Source of the DNA: Rickettsia typhi
Lineage (GTDB): Bacteria > Pseudomonadota > Alphaproteobacteria > Rickettsiales > Rickettsiaceae
NCBI GenBank assembly: GCA_945877265.1
Contig: CAMCRO010000001.1
Span: forward strand, 22,994-46,993
DNA length: 24,000 nt
Reading direction: 5' to 3'
In this document: one piece after another, positions 10,494 to 17,183 of the stretch
Numbering within the stretch: position 1 is the first letter of the stretch
Layout of the letters: each line of letters opens with the position of its first letter
Position numbers and translations under genes: made by a program
The notes under the pieces: model-generated
The model's input: only the letters and a program-made list of their open reading frames with translations
What the model was told of the DNA's origin: nothing
Database searches by the model: none

Positions 10494-11324
10494 ATGAAAG
10501 CAACGCGGAATATATATAAACAAAAAAAGAAACTTGATATTTCAATAGAGCGAAGAATTGGGATTTATTTTTCCAGATTTTGGCTTGCGTTTAAGTTTTG
10601 TATAGTAATTCTTATAGCTTCGTTATTTTTCGTAAATGAAAATAACTTTTTTAATTACATGCGGACTAAGACCAGCGAAGTTATTGGAGATTTTGGGTTC
10701 GTCCTTGATGCTATCTTAATAGCAGGTCAAAAAAACCTATCTAATACTGAAATAGTAGCTTCTCTTAATGCTGATGTTGGTACGCCGATTTTTTCTATCA
10801 AGCTCGATGATAGTAAGAAAATTCTAGAGCAAAATAGCTGGGTTAAATCTGCCGTAATTCAAAGGCAGCTTCCAGACACGATCTTCATTTCTTTAATAGA
10901 AAAAAAGCCTATTGCGCTATGGCAGGTTAATAAAAAACTACACGTTATAGACGAAGAAGGCGATATTATATCAAATGCTTCTGCTGAGAAATTCGTTCAC
11001 CTAATTCATTTCGTAGGAGAAGATGCTAATATACATGCTAATGAATTAATTAAAGAATTTAATAAAAACCCTAGTTTAGCTCAAAAAATTAGGCATGCTG
11101 TTAGGTATGGTCAGAGAAGATGGGACCTAAATCTAGAAGAAAATATTAATGTTAAAATGCCACAGCATGATTTTAGTGAAGCTTATAGCTATCTTGCTAA
11201 AATGAATGAATCTGGAAATCTCTTTAATAAGGATATTAAGTCGATTGATTTAAGAGATAGTGCAAAAATTTACGTTGAAAAACACCATCAACTTAAAGAA
11301 AATAATAAAAAAGATAAAAAATGA
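10494..11324 (+). CDS. ftsQ: Cell division protein FtsQ
   Basis: 276 aa. Short basic N-terminus, one TM (FWLAFKFCIVILIASLFFV), then a POTRA-like segment (ILIAGQKNLSNTEIVASL...WVKSAVIQRQLPDTIFISLIEKKPIALW). Position after ddl matches the dcw order. Confidence 0.8.
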   Translation: MKATRNIYKQKKKLDISIERRIGIYFSRFWLAFKFCIVILIASLFFVNENNFFNYMRTKTSEVIGDFGFVLDAILIAGQKNLSNTEIVASLNADVGTPIFSIKLDDSKKILEQNSWVKSAVIQRQLPDTIFISLIEKKPIALWQVNKKLHVIDEEGDIISNASAEKFVHLIHFVGEDANIHANELIKEFNKNPSLAQKIRHAVRYGQRRWDLNLEENINVKMPQHDFSEAYSYLAKMNESGNLFNKDIKSIDLRDSAKIYVEKHHQLKENNKKDKK

Positions 11325-11328
11325 TATG

Positions 11329-11360
11329 ATCATAGGATAGAAGGTTCTCTATCCTATGAT
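11329..11360. terminator. Perfect 13-bp stem / 6-nt loop hairpin between convergent ftsQ and the IalB-like gene; probable bidirectional intrinsic terminator
   Basis: ATCATAGGATAGA (11329-11341), loop AGGTTC, TCTATCCTATGAT (11348-11360) is an exact reverse complement. Read on the minus strand it is followed by a T-rich run (CATATCATTTTTTATCTTTTTT). On the plus strand it is followed by the moderately T-rich ATAAGTTATTTAATTTC. Confidence 0.6.
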
Positions 11361-11365
11361 ATAAG

Positions 11366-11890
11366 TTATTTAATTTCTTCTAAAACTTCTTTGAGTCCTT
11401 TTGTGGAGAAGGCTAGGTTGGCTTGCTTAGCATCGCTATTAAACATTCCAAGTGAAACAGATTCAAATTTTAATATTGTAGATAAATCATTTTTTGAAAT
11501 GTCAGCAACAGCAACGCAAGTATTATTCTGACAGACTGTAAATTTAGCATTTGCTAAAATTTTATCTCCAGCAATTATAGATGTGCCTGGTTGAAGTAAA
11601 ATTCCTTGAGGTAAGATTTCGATCAACTTTAAATTATTATCGTTATACATAAACTGATAAGTTGCCAACGGAACCTGTTTATTATCTTGTGTTATTGATA
11701 TAGATTGTTGAGCAAAGCAGATTTCCTTTTTTGCATTTTTATTTTGTTCGCATGTTATTTTCCAGTCTCCGATGACTTTGCCAGATTTATTAGCAGCGAC
11801 ACTACTCGGAGCTTTGAAGGTATAAAGAGCTGCGCATAGTGCAAGAGATGTAATTACAAACGCACTAGTTTTAATTTTTTTAGATGACAT
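11366..11890 (-). CDS. Invasion-associated locus B (IalB) family periplasmic protein
   Basis: 174 aa with a signal peptide (KTSAFVITSLALCAALYTF). The pattern GDWKITCEQ...EICFAQQSI...LPQGILLQPG...FTVCQNNTCVAVADI...FSTKGLKEVLEEI matches the spacing of conserved Trp/Cys and the LPxG and GF/GL motifs I associate with IalB-family proteins. Family-level call only. Confidence 0.6.
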   Translation of the reverse strand: MSSKKIKTSAFVITSLALCAALYTFKAPSSVAANKSGKVIGDWKITCEQNKNAKKEICFAQQSISITQDNKQVPLATYQFMYNDNNLKLIEILPQGILLQPGTSIIAGDKILANAKFTVCQNNTCVAVADISKNDLSTILKFESVSLGMFNSDAKQANLAFSTKGLKEVLEEIK

Positions 11891-11891
11891 A

Positions 11892-11920
11892 TTAACTACC
11901 TGTTTAATTTTTGCTATAAT
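11892..11920 (+). promoter_or_regulatory. Putative sigma-70 promoter with extended -10, upstream of tatA
   Basis: TTAACT (11892-11897), 17-nt spacer, TGcTATAAT (11912-11920). It sits about 57 nt upstream of the tatA ATG. Such matches arise by chance in AT-rich DNA, hence the low confidence. Confidence 0.35.
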
Positions 11921-11977
11921 ATAATAAAAATTAGTTTATAAATCAACAAAAAGAATTATAGGTTATAAGTAGGGATT

Positions 11978-12145
11978 ATGGGTTTAAGTTTTAGCCATCT
12001 AATAGTTATATTAATAATTGTCCTTTTGGTATTTGGCGCTGGAAGGGTTCCTCAAGTTATGGGTGACCTAGCAAAAGGCCTAAAATCTTTTAGGGACAAT
12101 CTAAAAGATGAAAAAGATAATGATGATCAAACTCCTAAATTATAG
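11978..12145 (+). CDS. tatA: Twin-arginine translocase subunit TatA/E
   Basis: Absent from the ORF track (55 aa). Manual translation: [55 protein letters not shown], then TAG at 12143-12145. It has a hydrophobic helix, an FG hinge and an amphipathic helix (LxKxLKSFR), which is the TatA signature. Confidence 0.8.
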   Translation: MGLSFSHLIVILIIVLLVFGAGRVPQVMGDLAKGLKSFRDNLKDEKDNDDQTPKL

Positions 12146-12152
12146 GTAAAAT

Positions 12153-12617
12153 TTGTCTTTAATATCTGAGGATGTGCGTGTTTTTAAGAAGGCAATAAAA
12201 GATAAAGGGCAGTTAATTGGTATAGATTTCGGGATTAAGAAGATAGGTTTTGCGATCACTTCTCCTTCTGGAGCTGCCGCTCTTCCTCATTCCGTTCTAG
12301 AAAATAACAATAGTATTTTTGATAACATCAAAAAAATTATTGCACAGCATAATATTGTTGGCTTTGTTGTTGGCATTCCTATTAATATGGATGGCTCTTA
12401 TAGTGAATCTGCCTTAAGGGCGAAAAATTTTGCTATAAAACTTGGAGATGTAACTTCGTTGCCAATTCTATTGCAGGATGAAAGAAGAACATCCAAAGCT
12501 GCAAGTAGTTTGCTTTTATTAGCTGGTTATAACAGAAAGCAGAGAGATGCAGTTGATGATTCTGTTGCTGCTAGTTTAATTCTAGAATCGGCTATTTTAA
12601 GAATGCAATCTGTTTAA
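12153..12617 (+). CDS. ruvX: YqgF/RuvX family pre-16S rRNA nuclease (putative Holliday junction resolvase)
   Basis: 154 aa. LIGIDFGIKKIGFAITS, VVGIPINMDGSYSESA and LLQDERRTSKAA match the RuvX/YqgF pattern. TTG start at 12153, 7 nt after tatA. Confidence 0.8.
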   Translation: MSLISEDVRVFKKAIKDKGQLIGIDFGIKKIGFAITSPSGAAALPHSVLENNNSIFDNIKKIIAQHNIVGFVVGIPINMDGSYSESALRAKNFAIKLGDVTSLPILLQDERRTSKAASSLLLLAGYNRKQRDAVDDSVAASLILESAILRMQSV

Positions 12618-12628
12618 AGGAAACTAAA

Positions 12629-12703
12629 TGGAGCGGGTGAAGGGATTCGAACCCTCGACTTCGACCTTGGCAAGGTAGCGCTCTACCCCTGAGCTACACC
12701 CGC
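12629..12703 (-). tRNA. tRNA-Gly (anticodon GCC), CCA encoded
   Basis: Minus-strand sequence GCGGGTGTAGCTCAGGGGTAGAGCGCTACCTTGCCAAGGTCGAAGTCGAGGGTTCGAATCCCTTCACCCGCTCCA. It has a perfect 7-bp acceptor stem, a GCTC/GAGC D stem, anticodon loop TTGCCAA and T arm GAGGG-TTCGAAT-CCCTT. There is one U-C mismatch at 28:42 in the anticodon stem. Confidence 0.92.
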
Positions 12704-12710
12704 ATTTAGT

Positions 12711-12716
12711 ATTATA
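12711..12716 (-). promoter_or_regulatory. Possible -10 box (TATAAT) for tRNA-Gly
   Basis: Plus-strand ATTATA at 12711-12716 reads TATAAT on the minus strand, 7 nt upstream of the mature tRNA 5' end. No convincing -35 element at 16-18 nt spacing. Confidence 0.3.
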
Positions 12717-12867
12717 GTCTTTGCATTGAATATATTGCGCTTTCTTTGTTTGCTTGCCCATTACTCATAGGCTTTGCTCATCGCTGCTAATTCAACATTC
12801 AAGTTATTTGACTATACCGGAGCAGAATATAAGAATTTTAAAAAAACGCAAGCGAAATTACGAGTAA

Positions 12868-14511
12868 TTACGAAAGATTTATTATAGAATCTCCTTTATC
12901 AATTGCTCCTCTTCTATGGGCTACACAGATAATAGTTTTATTTTTCATAGTTTTTTTAATAAAATCAAGAACTTCTGCTTCGGTTATTTCATCAAGTTGG
13001 CTTGTTGCTTCATCTAATACTAATAGTTCTGGATTATTCAGGAGCGCGCGTGCAATTGCAATTCTTTGTTTTTGACCACCAGAAATTTTGGTTGCAAGGC
13101 TACCGATATCTGTATCAAGACCTTTGGGTAAATTTTGTATGAACTCTACCAAAGCAAGGCCATTTATAATAGCATTGATTTTTTCTAGTGAAACTTCAGA
13201 TTCAAAAAATGTTATATTTTCAATAATGCTGCCACTAAATAGCATGCTATCTTGAGGAACATAAGATAATTTTTTATTCCACATTAGAGGGGAGAGATAT
13301 TTATAGCTATTATTCCCGATAATAATTTCGCCATTTGTAAAATTATATAAACCCATGATTAAATTTAGCAAGGTGGTTTTACCGACCCCTGAAGTTCCTG
13401 TGATAATGTTAAATTTACCAATTTTAAATTTAAAATTAAGATCCGAGATAATTTTTATATTCTCGCTTTCTTCATAGTTATAAGAAATATTGCGTAGTTC
13501 AATATCTCCTTGCTTTGGCAATACTATAAAATTTGAGTTAGATATTTCCATATTCTGAATAGGTAAAGCTATTACATCAAATACTCTTTCGCAATTAGCC
13601 AGATTTTTTTGCTGATCATTAAGCATTTCCATTATCCCGCCAAAGCTTGTTGCTGTCATGAATGCATAAAATAAAAAAGAAGCAAGAGTTCCACTCGACA
13701 TACTACCACTTACAACCTCCTTGCTACCTAGCCAAACAATTATAGCTATCACTAGCAGCATGCTTGTTATAACAATAGCAAAAAAGAATGAACGAAATCT
13801 TAAACGCTCTATTACCTTGGATTTTGCATCTTCATTTAGATTAAGAAAATATTTATTAAGCGCGCTTTGCTTAGAAGAAGCATTTAACACTTTGTAATTA
13901 ATTATAGTTTCTAGGACGAGATTGGAAGTTTTTGATTTAGCATTCTCAGCATTTTTAGCCAACAACCTGACTTTTCTGCTTATAGAGGTGGCAATTAAAC
14001 TTATAACGGCTATTACCACAAAAGTGATTGAGGATAATTTAGGGCTATTTAAAAACATTAGAAATACCCCACCTAAAGTGGTAAGTGCATTTCTTAAGAA
14101 AAATGATGTAGAGTCTATTACTACTCTTGCAATATATTCACTGTCAGAATTTATTCTTGTAGATAAATCTGAGAAATTAAATCTATCAATATCTTTTGAA
14201 CTCAAATTTATAAGAGTTTCATAAGCTTTTTTCTTTACATCGTTTGCAGCAGATTCAGCCGTGGAGTTTATGATATAAGACCTAAAAAAGCTTGCGATAC
14301 CAAATATTGAAATTAAAAATAATATTTGGAGTATGGAATCTTGATTAGGATTATTTCCGAAACCATTATCTATAAAATGTTTAATTGCAAAACCAATAAG
14401 TAACATACAAGTTACTACCAAGAGTAGAGATATAAGGCCAGCGAAGATCCTAGCCTTATATGGCTTTAAAAATTTAAAAACTAAAAATATAGGTGCAACC
14501 TGTTTATTCAC
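12868..14511 (-). CDS. ABC exporter half-transporter (fused 6-TM permease + ATPase; MsbA/Atm1-like class)
   Basis: 547 aa. N-terminal ABC_membrane-type domain. Walker A GTSGVGKTT, signature ISGGQKQRIAIARAL, Walker B LLVLDEATSQLD, H-loop CVAHR. GTG start at 14511 overlaps the cyaY stop by 8 nt. The next in-frame Met would delete TM1. Confidence 0.9.
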   Translation of the reverse strand: MNKQVAPIFLVFKFLKPYKARIFAGLISLLLVVTCMLLIGFAIKHFIDNGFGNNPNQDSILQILFLISIFGIASFFRSYIINSTAESAANDVKKKAYETLINLSSKDIDRFNFSDLSTRINSDSEYIARVVIDSTSFFLRNALTTLGGVFLMFLNSPKLSSITFVVIAVISLIATSISRKVRLLAKNAENAKSKTSNLVLETIINYKVLNASSKQSALNKYFLNLNEDAKSKVIERLRFRSFFFAIVITSMLLVIAIIVWLGSKEVVSGSMSSGTLASFLFYAFMTATSFGGIMEMLNDQQKNLANCERVFDVIALPIQNMEISNSNFIVLPKQGDIELRNISYNYEESENIKIISDLNFKFKIGKFNIITGTSGVGKTTLLNLIMGLYNFTNGEIIIGNNSYKYLSPLMWNKKLSYVPQDSMLFSGSIIENITFFESEVSLEKINAIINGLALVEFIQNLPKGLDTDIGSLATKISGGQKQRIAIARALLNNPELLVLDEATSQLDEITEAEVLDFIKKTMKNKTIICVAHRRGAIDKGDSIINLS

Positions 14512-14824
14512 TTATTTTGATTTTTTGAGTTTGTAATTTGGTAAGTTCTTCGGAAATGATATCAGTAATTTTTTGCCCCTTTTTATTTAACCACGATGTT
14601 CCAATGAACTTAAAATGATGAGGCCCGGATAAAGGAGAGGCAAGCCATATTTCTTCTAGAGGACGCTGCTTATTTATAATAAATATTTTATTATCTACAG
14701 CTATACTTAAAACCTCATTCGAATATTCGAGATCGAATGCATAATTTTTATCTTGCTCTTCGATAGAGCTTGCGATTTGTTCTATAAAATTTGTAGCAAT
14801 TATCTCAAAATCATTCATATACAT
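14504..14824 (-). CDS. cyaY: Frataxin-like iron-binding protein CyaY
   Basis: 106 aa. Acidic N-terminal helix (FIEQIASSIEEQD), then VLSIAVDNKIFIINKQRPLEEIWLASPLSGPHHFKF, the frataxin/CyaY core signature. The start could be ATG 14824 or ATG 14818. Confidence 0.85.
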   Translation of the reverse strand: MYMNDFEIIATNFIEQIASSIEEQDKNYAFDLEYSNEVLSIAVDNKIFIINKQRPLEEIWLASPLSGPHHFKFIGTSWLNKKGQKITDIISEELTKLQTQKIKISE

Positions 14825-14884
14825 CGTGCGGAGAAATTTATATAAGTATATTTAGTATATTGTAATTAAATGATAAAGGATAAA

Positions 14885-15286
14885 ATGGCGGAAGATTATA
14901 GGAAAATTACATTAACAGGTAATGTGTATTTAAAATATTATGATGAGCCTAGCGATTTTATTAAAGGAGATATGAGGCTTTTTTTATATGATGATGCGAT
15001 TTCTACCTTTCCAGGAGACTATGATAATTCTTCCTATAGCGGATATTTTAAGGCTGAGGTCTATGATTCTAAGTATTGGCAAATAATTGATATGGAAGAA
15101 TTTTTTGCAGATAGAGAATATAAATATCGAAAAAAGCAAATACCATTTGAGACAGCAAGGTTATGTAAAGAGATTTTATCGGAATTTAAAGGGGTGGTGC
15201 TTTACCGCACTTATAGAGGGCATTTTACTATGAATGAGTATATACCTGTAGAGAGAGTTACCAAGGCAACAAGAGGCAGAAAGTAA
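14885..15286 (+). CDS. Hypothetical protein (133 aa), Tyr/Asp/Glu-rich with a basic C-terminal tail
   Basis: The track gives 14870..15286. ATG 14885 is preceded by AAGGAT at suitable spacing, while 14870 has no Shine-Dalgarno match. Sequence MAEDYRKITLTGNVYLKYYDEPSDF...VERVTKATRGRK. No family recognised. Confidence 0.45.
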   Translation: MAEDYRKITLTGNVYLKYYDEPSDFIKGDMRLFLYDDAISTFPGDYDNSSYSGYFKAEVYDSKYWQIIDMEEFFADREYKYRKKQIPFETARLCKEILSEFKGVVLYRTYRGHFTMNEYIPVERVTKATRGRK

Positions 15287-15406
15287 AAGTTAAAATATTT
15301 TGTGATAAATTTAATAAAAAGCCTTTCGGGTATTGATTTTTCCATTAAAAAGCTGTATGCTTTAAGCAAGATTTTTGTTAATAATATTAAAAACTGTCAA
15401 GAAAAT

Positions 15407-15784
15407 ATGGCTCGAAAGCATAACGTCATCGAAAAAATAGATCACTTTATTGGAAATAAAATTTATATGCTGCGCCTTGCAAGGGGATTGTCGCGTCAGC
15501 AGCTTGCTACATCTTTAGGTGTTACCCATCAGCAGTTGCAAAAATACGAAAAGGGGTTAAATCGCATATCGGTTGGTAGGTTAGTACTTATATCTAAAGC
15601 GTTAGATAAGCCAGTTAGTTATTTTTACTCAGGATTCGATGAAGATACAGAAAAAGAAGAAACTGCTACACAGCATCAGAGAATGTGTATAGAAGTTTCT
15701 CGGAATTTTATGAAGCTTAACAATCCTGAGCATCAAAATGCAGTTAATGCTCTTATTAAATCCTTAGTGGTAGAATCTGCGTAA
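15407..15784 (+). CDS. XRE-family helix-turn-helix transcriptional regulator
   Basis: IGNKIYMLRLARGLSRQQLATSLGVTHQQLQKYEKGLNRISVGRLVLISKALDKPVSYFY is a clear HTH_3/XRE domain. The track starts at GTG 15302, giving a low-complexity extension. ATG 15407 (MARKHNVIEKIDHF) places the HTH at the usual distance from the N-terminus. A weak TTGATT-17-TATGCT promoter-like match lies at 15333-15361. Confidence 0.8.
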   Translation: MARKHNVIEKIDHFIGNKIYMLRLARGLSRQQLATSLGVTHQQLQKYEKGLNRISVGRLVLISKALDKPVSYFYSGFDEDTEKEETATQHQRMCIEVSRNFMKLNNPEHQNAVNALIKSLVVESA

Positions 15785-15807
15785 AATTCTTTGTTTAACT
15801 CAAAGAT

Positions 15808-16332
15808 TTAACATTTTGAGGATTCTCTGTGATTTTTTGCAAGCAACATGTAGTGAGTCGGCGTATCTGTTATAAGAAATTTTTCTTCTTCTGTGATTTT
15901 TCTTATAAATTTAGCAGGTGACCCAGCCCATAATTCTCCCGATTTAACTACCTTGTTCGGAGTTAAGAGAGAGTTTGCAGCAAGGAACCCAAATGACTCT
16001 ACTACGGCCTTATCCATAACTGTCGATCCCATTCCTACAAAAGCATCATCATGAAGGTTGCAAGCATGCAATAAGCATATATGCCCTATTGTTACTCTAT
16101 CCCCTATGGTGCATGGGCCATTAAATCGTGAAGTATGTATTACGGTTCCATCTTGTATATTAGTTTCTTTTCCAATAAATACGGGAGCTACATCTGCTCT
16201 GATTACTGCATTATACCATATATTTGAGTGAGCACTAATATTCACATCACCTATAATTTTCGCACCTTCTGCTATAAATACAGTTTTATCTACTTGAGGC
16301 CTTTTATCTAAGTAAGATAGCAACATTGACAT
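15808..16332 (-). CDS. Gamma-carbonic-anhydrase-like / left-handed beta-helix (hexapeptide repeat) protein, YrdA/PaaY-like
   Basis: 174 aa. VFIAEGAKIIGDVNISAHSNIWYNAVIRADVAPVFIGKETNIQDGTVIHT followed by further hexapeptide turns. This is the typical gamma-CA family layout. Confidence 0.85.
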   Translation of the reverse strand: MSMLLSYLDKRPQVDKTVFIAEGAKIIGDVNISAHSNIWYNAVIRADVAPVFIGKETNIQDGTVIHTSRFNGPCTIGDRVTIGHICLLHACNLHDDAFVGMGSTVMDKAVVESFGFLAANSLLTPNKVVKSGELWAGSPAKFIRKITEEEKFLITDTPTHYMLLAKNHRESSKC

Positions 16333-17125
16333 AATTTTTTATGTTATATTTTTTCATTAATTTATCCAGAATACCATTCGTTTTAAACTCGAGCATAGCA
16401 TTGGTTATATTTTTTGCATATATGTTTGAACGTGGATTTGTTTTTGAAAAAGCTATGTATATTTTCTCCGGTGCAAGCTTTACAACACCAGCATGTCTTA
16501 TATTCGTGATATTTTCAGAATTTACGTAATTGTTTATCACATTTTCATCTTCAATATATGTGAAAATACCTCCTGATAATAAAGAACTTATATTTTCTTT
16601 TATTGCGTTTTCTGACTTAAAAAAGTGAAATAGTTGAGGATTCATGAGATAAGTAGTATATAAAAAATTTTTTACATCAGTGGGATAGGCATAGGCCTCT
16701 ATAACTCCTATATTTTTACCTCTTAATGAATTAGGGCCATCATAAATCCATTCTATGTCTTTTCTAGTATATGCTGAAATTCTTCCACTAGCTTGCTCAA
16801 TTGAAGGTAAGACTGGATCAGATAAACCATCTTCATTACTTGCTCCAAAAACCCCGTCCACTTCGCCGTTATTAAAATCATTTACCGATTCTTCCCATGG
16901 GCGTAATTGATACTCTATTTCTATATCTTCTGAATTCAAAGCAAGGCGTGCAATTTCGACTAAATAGCCTTCCTTTTCTGATCCAGGTATGCAGTTATAA
17001 GGGCACCAATAATCTGCAACTATTACTAGTTTTTCCTTGGCGTAGCTTGTATAACTAATAGAAAGGACAAGTGATAACAAAATTAGTGTTTTTCTCAAGT
17101 AAGAAATAAAATTATTTAATTGCAT
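16304..17125 (-). CDS. Periplasmic solute-binding protein (family 3 / amino-acid-type SBP fold), orphan
   Basis: 273 aa. Signal peptide (TLILLSLVLSISYTSYA), then LVIVADYWCPYNC and a two-lobed length typical of SBP_bac_3-like proteins. No permease or ATPase gene is adjacent. The 3' end overlaps the start of the downstream gene by 29 nt. Confidence 0.6.
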   Translation of the reverse strand: MQLNNFISYLRKTLILLSLVLSISYTSYAKEKLVIVADYWCPYNCIPGSEKEGYLVEIARLALNSEDIEIEYQLRPWEESVNDFNNGEVDGVFGASNEDGLSDPVLPSIEQASGRISAYTRKDIEWIYDGPNSLRGKNIGVIEAYAYPTDVKNFLYTTYLMNPQLFHFFKSENAIKENISSLLSGGIFTYIEDENVINNYVNSENITNIRHAGVVKLAPEKIYIAFSKTNPRSNIYAKNITNAMLEFKTNGILDKLMKKYNIKNYVNVAILLR

Positions 17126-17183
17126 TAAAAACCCAAGATATCTGCTTTAGATTATATGATTAATCAACATAACAAAATTGTAA

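Noticed and set aside
12629-12867. tRNA-Gly plus a 164-nt non-coding spacer as a possible genomic-island integration site
   Set aside because: There is no integrase, no phage or transposon gene and no second copy of the tRNA 3' segment that I could see. Flanking genes are ordinary (ruvX, ABC exporter).
12856-12872. Direct repeat AATTACG x2 at 10-nt spacing by the ABC exporter stop
   Set aside because: Only 7 nt, two copies, in AT-rich DNA. Consistent with chance, with no associated structure.
13922-14224. 100-aa plus-strand ORF
   Set aside because: Antisense within the TM domain of the ABC exporter.
15302-15406. GTG-initiated 35-codon extension of the XRE regulator
   Set aside because: The extension is Ile/Lys/Asn-rich with no homology signal. 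ATG 15407 places the HTH at the usual distance from the N-terminus.
14870-15784. higBA-like toxin-antitoxin reading of the orphan + XRE pair
   Set aside because: The upstream protein is larger than RelE/HigB-type toxins and shows none of their features. The genes are separated by 120 nt rather than coupled, and the XRE protein has its own promoter-like sequence.
15788-15806. TCTTTG-N7-CAAAGA inverted repeat between the XRE gene and the gamma-CA-like gene
   Set aside because: A 6-bp A/T-rich stem with no flanking T-run of note. Too weak to call a terminator.
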